A stretch of 64,000 nucleotides of DNA, taken from positions 17,543 through 81,542 of the forward strand of contig CAWJPT010000003.1 in assembly GCA_963844835.1 (NCBI GenBank), in the 5' to 3' direction. A program made the position numbers and the translations under genes. Shown here in pieces: positions 9,043-17,551 of the stretch. The notes beneath the pieces were generated by a model. The model worked only from the letters and a program-made list of their open reading frames with translations, ran no database searches and was not told the origin of the DNA. Position 1 is the stretch's first letter, and each line of letters opens with the position of its first letter. Origin of the DNA: an uncultured bacterium. Lineage in GTDB: Bacteria > Actinomycetota > Acidimicrobiia > Spongiisociales > UBA5794.

Positions 9043-10103
9043 AGCGGAACCGCCGCCTGGAATCGTTGCTTGCGCCGGGAGAGGGTGAACGAGAAGATCA
9101 GCGCGACCAGTAGCACGAAGCCTTTCACGACGTCTTGCCAGTAGTACTGGAAGTTCATCATCGTGGTGCCGGTGAGCAGGATGCCGATGAGGATGGCACC
9201 GAGCGACGTGCCGAACGCGTTCGGCTTCCCCACCCCGAGCACCGAGGTACCAACCAGAGCCACCGCCACGGCATCGAGCAGCAGGGAGTTACCTGCCGAG
9301 ATGTCGCCCTGGCCGATCCGGGACGCCAGGATCAAACCGGCAATGGATGCGTAGATGCCGGAGAGCATGTAGGCGAATGCCTGGTAGCGGCCGACCCTGG
9401 CACCGGCAAGGCGGGCCGCTTCGGGGTTGGTGCCGATGGCGTACATGACCCGGCCCCACTTGGTCCGGGAGAGCAGGAACCAGGTGAAGATGGCCAGTAC
9501 CGCAAAGATGATCACCGGGTACGGGACCGGTCCGATCGAGCCACGGTTGATCTCGAGAAACCCGGGCGTGAACTTGCCGGGCGCTACCGTGCCGTCGCGG
9601 AGGATCAAACCGGACGACACCGACTGTCCGTCCACCGGCACGAGTTTCAGGCCCTGCACCAGGAACATCGTTGCCAGCGTGGCGAGCAAGTCGGGGATCT
9701 TGAGCACGACGATCAGAGTTGCGTTGAAGGCTCCGATGATGGCGCCTGCGGCGATGACGGCGGCCACGGCCACCGAGCCCTGCTGGGCGTAGATCACCAT
9801 CGTCATTGCAGCCACAGTGACCGACATGCCTGCGGTCGCTCCCACAGAGAGGTCGAGTCCACCGACCACCATGGTGACGGTTACTCCCAGCCCGGCTACG
9901 GCTACCACCGAGATGTACTTCAACATCGTGAACATCGTCGAAGAAGTCCGGAAAGCAGGGATCGTCGCCATGAAGTACACGAGGAAGATCACCGTGACGG
10001 CGATGAAGCCGTACTTGACGAGCAAGTCGCGCGCGTCTGCCCGGGGCCTCGGTTGCGCCTCTCCCTTCTTCTCGTTTTTCGGCGTCATGGTTGTTGTGGC
10101 CAC
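9039..10103 (-). CDS. Sugar ABC transporter permease (RbsC/branched monosaccharide type)
   Basis: 354-aa highly hydrophobic ORF of the multi-TM RbsC/AraH type. Directly abuts the ATPase stop (10104). Confidence 0.85.
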   Translation of the reverse strand: MATTTMTPKNEKKGEAQPRPRADARDLLVKYGFIAVTVIFLVYFMATIPAFRTSSTMFTMLKYISVVAVAGLGVTVTMVVGGLDLSVGATAGMSVTVAAMTMVIYAQQGSVAVAAVIAAGAIIGAFNATLIVVLKIPDLLATLATMFLVQGLKLVPVDGQSVSSGLILRDGTVAPGKFTPGFLEINRGSIGPVPYPVIIFAVLAIFTWFLLSRTKWGRVMYAIGTNPEAARLAGARVGRYQAFAYMLSGIYASIAGLILASRIGQGDISAGNSLLLDAVAVALVGTSVLGVGKPNAFGTSLGAILIGILLTGTTMMNFQYYWQDVVKGFVLLVALIFSFTLSRRKQRFQAAVPL

Positions 10104-11610
10104 TTACTCAACCTCCGAGAGTCGTTGCAGGATCTGGTCCCTGCTGGTCTCCGACAGATATGTATCAAGCCGGAGATTTCCGTCCGCGAGCACAACGACC
10201 CGGTCGGAAACTTCCATGATTTCTTCCAAGTCCGTCGACATGACGATGACCGCAGAGCCGGTCTCCGCAACCTCCCTGGCCTTCTCTGCCAGGTCGTGAC
10301 GAGCACCGACGTCGACACCCTGGAACGGTTCGTTCAGCACCATCACCGTCGGGTGTTTACGCAACCATCGACCGACGACGACCTTCTGCTGGTTGCCACC
10401 CGAGAGGGACATGACCGACTCGGCCTCCGACTGGGCAACAACACCGAAATCGTCGATGACGGCTCGCCCTACCTTCGCCTCGGCCATCGGGTTGAGGACA
10501 CCAAAGCGGGAGATCTCGTTGAGGAATGGGAATGTCGAGATCATGGAGACGGACCACTTCTTGATGAGGGTGCCTTCGGCGCGATCCTCCGGAACCATGT
10601 AGACCTCGGATGCGATAGCGTCGGCAGGCGCCTTGGGAGCGAATGGCTTGCCCTTCAGGATCATCTCGCCACCCTCGAAGGGATCAGCGCCGAAGATGCC
10701 TCGGGCCAGCTGACTCCCACCGGACCCGAGCAGCCCGAAGACACCGGTTACCTCTCCGGCTCGCAGGGAAAAATCAAATGGTGTGGATTTGGGGAGCAGC
10801 TGCACACCTTTGAGCAGCAGCACTTCTTCGGTGCCCCGCAGTTCGACCGCACGATTGGTCCGGTCTGCCTCGTCGACGTCGAGCATCACGTGGAGTGCGG
10901 TCTCCCAATCAAATGGGCGGTCATGATCGCTGAGAATGACCCCGTCACGCAGCACGAGCAGACGATCTGCGATCTTGTCGATCTCCGCAATGCGGTGGGA
11001 AACGTAGAAGATGGCGACCCCGTCGTCGCGGAGTCGGCGGATGACGCCGAAAAGACGGTTCGGCCTCGGTCTCGGAGAGCGCCGACGTCGGCTCGTCGAG
11101 GATGAGCAGCCGGGGCTCGTGTACGAGGGCCCTGGCGAGGAGAAGCAACTGCTGATCGGCGATCGGCAGCTCGTACACATCGCTCCGCAACAGCTCGTCC
11201 GACCAGCCGAGATCGAGGACGGCCGCCACTTCCCTCGCTCTTGGCATGAGGGATCGCAGCGATGCCGCTCTCGGGACCTGATTGTTGACGATCCCCTCGA
11301 AGAGGAGATTCTCGGCGACGCTGAGACCGGGGACGACCCCGTCGGCGATCTTCTGGTGGACAGCCTCGATGCCATGGGCGTGCGCCGTGGTTGGATGATC
11401 GATGTATACGGGGACACCACCAATGATGACGGTGCCCCCATATCCGTTGTATACGCCCGAGAGAACTTTGATGAGTGTCGACTTGCCGGCGCCGTTGGCA
11501 CCGAGCATGGCGGTCACCTTCCCCGGCTCGATGGCAAGGTCGATCCCTTTCAGGACCTCATTGGGCCCAAAGGCCATCGTGATGCCCTCCATCCGGACTG
11601 CGGGTTCCAT
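10104..11610 (-). CDS. Sugar ABC transporter ATP-binding protein with two nucleotide-binding domains (RbsA/LsrA type); frame broken near 11060
   Basis: NBD1 (GANGAGKST, LLILDEPTSAL) is in ORF 10945..11691, starting at ATG 11610 (MEPAVRMEGI). The rest of NBD1 plus NBD2 (FYVSHRIAEI, LSGGNQQK, LNEPFQGVD) is in ORF 10104..11501. Confidence 0.8.
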
Positions 11611-12827
11611 CAAACGCTCCTTCTCAGGCTCTCGAATCGCGTCACGAGGAGGAGGTGGCCGTCGGGAGGGGGGATCCCGACGGCCACCCACAGATCTCCT
11701 AGAACTGTGATCGACGGGATCCAGTCGGCGGACTGGACGTCGGCCAGGTTCAGTGCAGGCAGAGCCGCCCGCAGGTCAACCATGTTCGTGATGTTGTTGT
11801 CGAGCAGGAACTGCTGGGTGACGAGCACACCAGGGAAATCAACCGAGCGTGGGCCCTGCTGCCCGGCGAGCTCGAGCGCCATGGTCCGCATCACGGCTGC
11901 ACCGATCGCGTTCGGGTCGGTGGTCGCCGTAGCCTTCCACGGGCTGCCATCGGCAGTCATGACCTCGATGTCGGCATTCGAGATGTCGATGCCGTAGGCC
12001 CAGATGTCCGCGGCGAGACCGTTGTCGTTGATCGCCGACACTGTGCCCTTGGTCAACTCGTCGTACGGAGCGAAGATCGCCCTGACATCCGGGTTTGCCT
12101 TGAGCGCGGCATCGACCAGCTGTGCGTTGTCGGTGGCGACTGCGTTGGTGAACTCACCGACGAAGAAGACCTGGTCCCAGTTGTTGTCTGCCACGTACTG
12201 CTGCCAGACCACATGCCTGCGATCGAGCGGGGCGATACCGAGCACGTTGACATAGCCAACCCTCTGATCCGGGCCGATGTCGGCGAGCATCTGTCCGAGG
12301 GACAGGTCGGCGAGGCTGGCGTCGGACTGCTGGGTCTGAACTGCGTTCGGGGCACACTCTGCGATCGCGATGTCATAGATGACAACGGGGATGCCTGCAT
12401 TGAGCGCATCGTTGATCAGCGGGCACATGGTATCGGTCTGGCCGTGATCGACGACGATGCCGTCGACACCTGAGCCGATGGCCGTCTCCATGTCGGTGGC
12501 CTGCTTGGCATTGTCGGCCTGAGCGTCGTACCAGGTGTACTTGATACCGATTGCGTCAGCCTGCTGCTTGGCACCGTTGGTCCACTGCTGGAAGTAGTCG
12601 CCAGCACCGCTGTTCTGCACAACGGCAATGTTCACCTCACCGTCAAAGGGTGCAGGCATCGTGACACCGGCTGCGGTGGTCTCCGTCGTCCCCTGATCAG
12701 CTGCGGTCGTCGTTGTCGTGGTCTCTTCGGTGCTCTGGGAACACGCCGCGGTCAATAGGGCGAAGGCAACGAGGATGACCCCGAGCCAGATACCCCTCCG
12801 CGGGCTTGTCCTCATACTCTTACTCAT
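11610..12827 (-). CDS. Sugar ABC transporter substrate-binding lipoprotein (periplasmic-binding-protein type I)
   Basis: Start chosen at MSKSMRTSPRRGIWLGVILVAFALLTAAC (lipobox LTAAC), followed by a Thr-rich linker and a PBP fold. The last ~35 codons read through a perfect hairpin and look non-native, so the true stop may be an out-of-frame TAG near 11700. Confidence 0.75.
   Translation of the reverse strand: MSKSMRTSPRRGIWLGVILVAFALLTAACSQSTEETTTTTTAADQGTTETTAAGVTMPAPFDGEVNIAVVQNSGAGDYFQQWTNGAKQQADAIGIKYTWYDAQADNAKQATDMETAIGSGVDGIVVDHGQTDTMCPLINDALNAGIPVVIYDIAIAECAPNAVQTQQSDASLADLSLGQMLADIGPDQRVGYVNVLGIAPLDRRHVVWQQYVADNNWDQVFFVGEFTNAVATDNAQLVDAALKANPDVRAIFAPYDELTKGTVSAINDNGLAADIWAYGIDISNADIEVMTADGSPWKATATTDPNAIGAAVMRTMALELAGQQGPRSVDFPGVLVTQQFLLDNNITNMVDLRAALPALNLADVQSADWIPSITVLGDLWVAVGIPPPDGHLLLVTRFESLRRSV
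11654..11688 (-). promoter_or_regulatory. Intercistronic 14-bp perfect stem-loop between the SBP and ATPase genes
   Basis: GGTGGCCGTCGGGA (11654-11667) and TCCCGACGGCCACC (11675-11688) around a 7-nt G-rich loop. This is the typical position for SBP-mRNA stabilising or attenuating hairpins in ABC importer operons. Confidence 0.5.
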
Positions 12828-12890
12828 CTTGCTCCTTCCGGCTAATGGCGTCTCACTCCTGTGGCTGGGTTTGCCAACCGCACGCCACTT

Positions 12891-12924
12891 GCACAAATGT
12901 GCACCAATGCACACAAGTGCACAA
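12891..12924 (-). promoter_or_regulatory. Operator-like array of four T(T/G)GTGCA repeats at 8-10 bp phasing upstream of the importer/catabolic operon
   Basis: The minus strand reads ATTGTGCAC TTGTGTGCA TTGGTGCAC ATTTGTGCAAG, 64-97 nt upstream of the SBP start. It is locally AT-rich in a GC-rich genome. Confidence 0.35.
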
Positions 12925-13036
12925 TACATTGCGCGGGTAGTGCTGGCAACTCAAAGTATCGCGATTGGCTGATATGACGGCAACGGCCGCGGGGCATAGT
13001 TGGTGATCGAACAATGGCCGATATGGCCACTTCGAT

Positions 13037-13528
13037 CTAGAGGTCGAGGACCATCACAGACGAATCGCCGTCGTCGCCGATCAGCACATAGCCAAGCGAT
13101 TCGTAGAGTCTCCTGGCAGGGTTCGGGTTGTTCACCGAGAGACTCAGCCGGGTGATTCCTTCTTGGCTAGCGACCGCGGCAAGCCCATCCATGAGCCTGC
13201 GGCCGATCCCCATCCCCCGGTACGCCGCCACGATCCCGATGCCGACTTCCGGTGTCTGGTCGTCCACGTAACCGTGGCCGTGGTTGTCTTCGGTGAACAG
13301 CCGGGCAAAGGCCGCCCCGATCAGTTGACCATCGAGGACCGCTCTGACCCCGATATCGCCCGGCCGACCCCAACCCTCGTAGTACGACCTCACCTCGAGG
13401 TTCGCCATGACGGTTGCCATGTCGGGGAAGCCGGGCGGGTCGTTCCACGACAGCGCCAGATAGAGCGCGAGCTGAACCGCATCGACATCGTCTGCTCCCA
13501 GCCGGGAGACGGATACCCGATCAGTCAC
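13037..13528 (-). CDS. GNAT family N-acetyltransferase
   Basis: 163-aa ORF with the acetyl-CoA motif YRGMGIGRRLM and a NPARRLYESLGY tail. Confidence 0.8.
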   Translation of the reverse strand: MTDRVSVSRLGADDVDAVQLALYLALSWNDPPGFPDMATVMANLEVRSYYEGWGRPGDIGVRAVLDGQLIGAAFARLFTEDNHGHGYVDDQTPEVGIGIVAAYRGMGIGRRLMDGLAAVASQEGITRLSLSVNNPNPARRLYESLGYVLIGDDGDSSVMVLDL

Positions 13529-15248
13529 GGTTCACTCCCACGATCGCGGGGGCCTCCCCGTTGCCCTCGGCCTCGGTCTCCCAGAGGTCACGGAACTCGG
13601 GACTGGTCTCTAGCAGGTCGGTTAGTTTGCCTGCCGCCACCACCCGGCCCTCGTCGAGGACGACGATCTGATCGGCTCGCTGCAGCGCGGGCCTGCGATG
13701 CGACACGACGAGCGCCGTCGACTCCGAGTGCTCGGCAAAGAGCCGCTCCCACAGCGTCTTCTCCGTGTCGACGTCGAGCGCGCTCGAGAGATCGTCGAAA
13801 ACCAACAGCTCCGGATTCCTGACGAACATCCGGGCGGCCGCAGTACGTTGTACTTGTCCTCCCGACAGCCTCATCCCGAGCGGACCGACCAGCGTGTCCA
13901 GCCCATGTGGCATCGAGCCAACGTCGCGATCGAGCGCCGCCGAGCGAATTGCCACATCCAGATCGACATCCTCGTCGTCTCTGCCCAGCAGCAGGTTCTC
14001 ACGCAGTGTCATCGAGAACAGCTTGGGAACCTGTGGCGTGTATGCCGAGCGCGGTGGCACGAAGAAGTTCGCCGGGTCATCAACGATCTCACCGTTCCAG
14101 CTGACGGTCCCACGGTCGACGGAGACGAGGCCGAGGATGGATCGCAGCAGCGTTGTCTTGCCGGAGCCGATCTTGCCGGTGAGCACGGTGAAGCTACCCC
14201 GCTCGAGGGTCAGGTCGACGTGCTCGATGCCGTTGCTCGTGCCGGGATACCGGAAGCTCATATCGGCTACCTCGAGGCGATCGAGGCGAGCGTCTGCAAC
14301 CGGTTCGTCGAACCTCGGCAAGTCACCGGTCAGATACAGGTCACGTCTCTGCACCAGGACGTCGGGATCGTCGGTCTGCAGCAGCGCATGCATCCTCTCA
14401 AAGGACACGCCCGCTTGTTTGAAGCGTGCGATGAAAGCGCCAATGAACCAACCCGCATCCGTGACGAAGCCGAGAAAGTAGACGAACAGGGCGAACTCGC
14501 CGATGGTGAGCCCGCCCGGCCTGCCGAAGTTGCCCGAGGCAACGATCAGGATCAACCCGGTGCCGATGCTGAGCGTGTTCCAGAAAACGGACTCGAGCGT
14601 TGCAGTGAGCACCTTGTCCCGCACCATCATCTTGCGGCGCTCCTTGTTGAGCCGCTTGAAGTGCTCGATCATCGGCGCCTCGACCCCGGCGACCTTGATC
14701 GACTGCACCGCGCCGAACATCTCACCGAGCGCCCCGGTGATTCTCTCCGTGGCCTCGCGTGCCGCGTTGCGGTAGCGGCGGATCCTGGTACCCGCCCGCT
14801 CTGCAATCACCACCATGAACAGAAGCGGGGCAAACACCAGCACGGTCATCCCGGCGTTGATCGATGTGAGAATCACCGCGGCGATGATGCCGAAGAGCGC
14901 GGTGCCGATCAGGTCGACGGTCATGCTCGTCGCCTCCTCGACATGCTCGACGTCCTCACGGAACCGGCTGATGATCTCCCCGGATGCTTCCTTGACCGAC
15001 TGTGCTCCCGGCAGCTCGAAGACACGCTCCAGCATGTTGCGCCTGAGCGTCGAGCTGACCCGGAACATGAAATGCACGTCGTTCCACATGGCGGTGAACA
15101 TCACCGCAAGCCGGGTCGCACCGTAGGCGAGCAGGAGCGCGATCAACGTGCCGGGGTTGAACCCGGCCGTGCCGAGACCGTCGAAGAAGCGTCTCGTGAT
15201 CAGCGCGGGGATGACCGGGAGGATCCAGATCGTCGCCCACAGGAACAC
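13521..15248 (-). CDS. ABC exporter, fused permease/ATPase half-transporter (MsbA/MdlB type), partner 2
   Basis: 575-aa ORF with six-TM region plus NBD (GKIGSGKTTL, LSGGQVQR, LLVFDDLSSALD). The in-frame N-terminal extension SHDAWHLVKAAPRRYAAN has no start codon. An ATG with an ATGA overlap to the upstream gene (15334) is in another frame, so a probable indel lies at 15250-15330. Confidence 0.8.
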   Translation of the reverse strand: MFLWATIWILPVIPALITRRFFDGLGTAGFNPGTLIALLLAYGATRLAVMFTAMWNDVHFMFRVSSTLRRNMLERVFELPGAQSVKEASGEIISRFREDVEHVEEATSMTVDLIGTALFGIIAAVILTSINAGMTVLVFAPLLFMVVIAERAGTRIRRYRNAAREATERITGALGEMFGAVQSIKVAGVEAPMIEHFKRLNKERRKMMVRDKVLTATLESVFWNTLSIGTGLILIVASGNFGRPGGLTIGEFALFVYFLGFVTDAGWFIGAFIARFKQAGVSFERMHALLQTDDPDVLVQRRDLYLTGDLPRFDEPVADARLDRLEVADMSFRYPGTSNGIEHVDLTLERGSFTVLTGKIGSGKTTLLRSILGLVSVDRGTVSWNGEIVDDPANFFVPPRSAYTPQVPKLFSMTLRENLLLGRDDEDVDLDVAIRSAALDRDVGSMPHGLDTLVGPLGMRLSGGQVQRTAAARMFVRNPELLVFDDLSSALDVDTEKTLWERLFAEHSESTALVVSHRRPALQRADQIVVLDEGRVVAAGKLTDLLETSPEFRDLWETEAEGNGEAPAIVGVNRD

Positions 15249-15330
15249 GTTTGCCGCGTAGCGCCGCGGGGCGGCCTTGACCAGATGCCACGCATCATGC
15301 GAATCGTTGGTAGTTGGGATCGACGGGTTG

Positions 15331-17070
15331 TCATGCGAGCACCTCTTCCATCCCGGTGATCAGCAGTTGTGACAGCCGGGAGTCGGGGTCTGCGGCGAGG
15401 CGGCGACGTTCGCCGTATTCAACGACCTCGCCGTCTTCGAGAATCAGGATGTCGTCGGCGCGGGTCACCGTTGCCAACCGGTGGGCGATGATGATCCCGG
15501 TCCGATCCTGAAGCAGCCGGTCGACGGCACGCTCGAGCAGCTTCTCGGTTGCTGGGTCGACACGGGACGATGCCTCGTCCAGGATCACGAGCCCGGGGTC
15601 TTCGAGGAAGATCCGGGTGAACGCCAGCAACTGGGCCTGACCCGCAGACAGGCCAGCCCCACCCGCTTCGAGCGTGGTGTCGAGCCCGTGTGGCATCGAG
15701 CCGAGCCACTCGTCGAGCCCGAGTTCCTGCAGCACCTCGTGGAGACGGGCGTCGGGAATGCTCTCATCGAAGAACGTCAGGTTGTCACGAATCGTGGCCC
15801 GGAACAGCTGCACGTCCTGGGTGACCATGCCAACGTGCCTGCGCAGGCTGTGCACGTCGGCGGTGCGGATGTCGACCCCACCGAGCAACACCCGCCCATG
15901 GAGCGGGTCGTAGAGACGGGTCAGCAGCCGGGCCATCGTCGTCTTCCCCGAGCCGGAGCGGCCGAGCACACCGAGGATGTGACCGGGCTCCAGGTCGAGC
16001 GACACCTCGTTGAGGACGACGTCGTCTTCGTAGCCGAAGACCACGTCTTCGATCTCCACCCTCAGCGCACCTTGCGGCACCGGTGTCGTGCCGCTCGTGT
16101 CGAGCACGGGGATGGTGTCGAACAAGCCCTGCACCCTGGCAATGCCGGCCGCGGCCTTCTGGAACTGCTCCATCTGCTCGCGGATCTGCTCCATCGGGCG
16201 CCTGGTGATCTCCGTGTACGAGAAGATCAAGTACACCGAGCCGAGGGTGAGTGTTCCGTTGCCGAAGAAGATCGAGCCGAGCCAGAAGACAACGCTGGTT
16301 CCGACCAGGTAGTTGGCGATGCTGGTGCCCCAGAGCGCGGCGAAGCCCATCCGGCCCATTACCTGGTCCGGGAGCCAGTCGCGCAGGATCTGGGTGAAGC
16401 GGCGCAGCATGTAGCCGACCCCACCGTTGCCACGGATGTCCTCGGTGCCACCCAGCTGCTCACCGACGAGACCCATCAACTCCGCCGACCGGCCCCGCAC
16501 CTTCTTCCACAGCGGCACGGCCCATGCCTGGATCTTGAGCATCATGCCCATCGACAGCAGGAAGAACACGGTGATCCCGAGCCCAACCCAGGCGTTCTCC
16601 AGCCAGAGCATCACCAGCACCCCGACCATCAGGATCGAGTTGCCGAGCACACGGATGGCGAAGGCGGAGAAGAAGTTCGCCTGGGCGGTGACGTCACCAT
16701 CGATACGCTCGATCATCTCGCCGGGCGTGTGCTGCTTGTGGAAGCCCATGTCGAGGTTGAGCACGTGGGCGGCCAGGTCGGCACGCATCTCGTTGGTAGC
16801 CGTCCAGCCGACCTGCTCGGCCAGGTAGGTAGCGGCAACGCTGAAGATCTGCTGCAGGACGGCAACCACCATGAACCAGACGGCGAGCGGGATGAGACGG
16901 CTCGACGTGGCACCTGCCGTGGCCCGGTCGAGGAAGATCCTCACCAGCTGCGGGCCGATCAGCGTCATGCCGATGAAGGTGAACATGGTGATGGTGAGCA
17001 GGGTCACCCGGAGCTTCTGACGGCTCAGGTAGTCCCGGAGAAGTCGGATGTAGGAGCGGACCGGAATCAT
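15331..17070 (-). CDS. ABC exporter, fused permease/ATPase half-transporter, partner 1
   Basis: 579-aa ORF. TM domain plus GRSGSGKTT, LSAGQAQLL, LVILDEASSRVD. Confidence 0.85.
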   Translation of the reverse strand: MIPVRSYIRLLRDYLSRQKLRVTLLTITMFTFIGMTLIGPQLVRIFLDRATAGATSSRLIPLAVWFMVVAVLQQIFSVAATYLAEQVGWTATNEMRADLAAHVLNLDMGFHKQHTPGEMIERIDGDVTAQANFFSAFAIRVLGNSILMVGVLVMLWLENAWVGLGITVFFLLSMGMMLKIQAWAVPLWKKVRGRSAELMGLVGEQLGGTEDIRGNGGVGYMLRRFTQILRDWLPDQVMGRMGFAALWGTSIANYLVGTSVVFWLGSIFFGNGTLTLGSVYLIFSYTEITRRPMEQIREQMEQFQKAAAGIARVQGLFDTIPVLDTSGTTPVPQGALRVEIEDVVFGYEDDVVLNEVSLDLEPGHILGVLGRSGSGKTTMARLLTRLYDPLHGRVLLGGVDIRTADVHSLRRHVGMVTQDVQLFRATIRDNLTFFDESIPDARLHEVLQELGLDEWLGSMPHGLDTTLEAGGAGLSAGQAQLLAFTRIFLEDPGLVILDEASSRVDPATEKLLERAVDRLLQDRTGIIIAHRLATVTRADDILILEDGEVVEYGERRRLAADPDSRLSQLLITGMEEVLA

Positions 17071-17551
17071 TGCGTGCCTTTGCGGTGGTGAAACCCCTCC
17101 GGGTCTCGTGCGTGCGTGTCGAGAGATGGCGTCGAGGCTCAGACGAGCCTGTCGCCCGGCGCTGGTTCAGCCGGGTCCGTTGCAGGACCCTATGGCGGAG
17201 ACCTCCTCCATGGAGGAGGCGATCTCCCCTAAGCCGCGGGGTGAACCATGCCCGCGGCGCTGATGGGCAGTAGCTGGTGAATCAGCATCTAGCGCTCACT
17301 TCTCTCGACCGGCGTCCGGTCGCACATACGAACGGCCGCAACACGCACTTCTCTTGCGTTCACGGCCGGAAAGAACTCTGGCAGACCACCCCGGAGGTGT
17401 CAAGGCACGGGTGGGATATAGGGGATTCCTGAACCGCCGGCTCGGCCCTGATAGGTTGGGGCGTGAGAATGCCGTGGAAGCGATGCCGCATACCAGCACA
17501 GCCGCTGGCGAACAGCGCCGACAGACTCACACAAGCGAGGGAGGGAGCACG

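Noticed and set aside
9135-11105. 656-aa plus-strand ORF (and similar long ORFs 13698..15359, 15481..17091, 45252..46844, 34384..35793, 29959..31053, 17360..18208)
   Set aside because: All are antisense to genes with clear family signatures. Their products are Arg/Gly/His/Pro-rich low-complexity strings with no motifs. They are typical shadow ORFs of high-GC DNA.
12828-13036. CRP/GlxR-type TGTGA-N6-TCACA site at the operon promoter
   Set aside because: The repeats are TTGTGCA heptamers arranged mostly as direct repeats at 8-10 bp spacing, not the 16-bp CRP palindrome. I kept them only as an unassigned operator-like array.
17071-17551. Known riboswitch (cobalamin, SAM, TPP) in the exporter leader
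   Set aside because: I could not find any of the conserved cores I know (B12 box, TPP CUGAGA, SAM kink-turn motifs) on either strand. I report only the palindromes.
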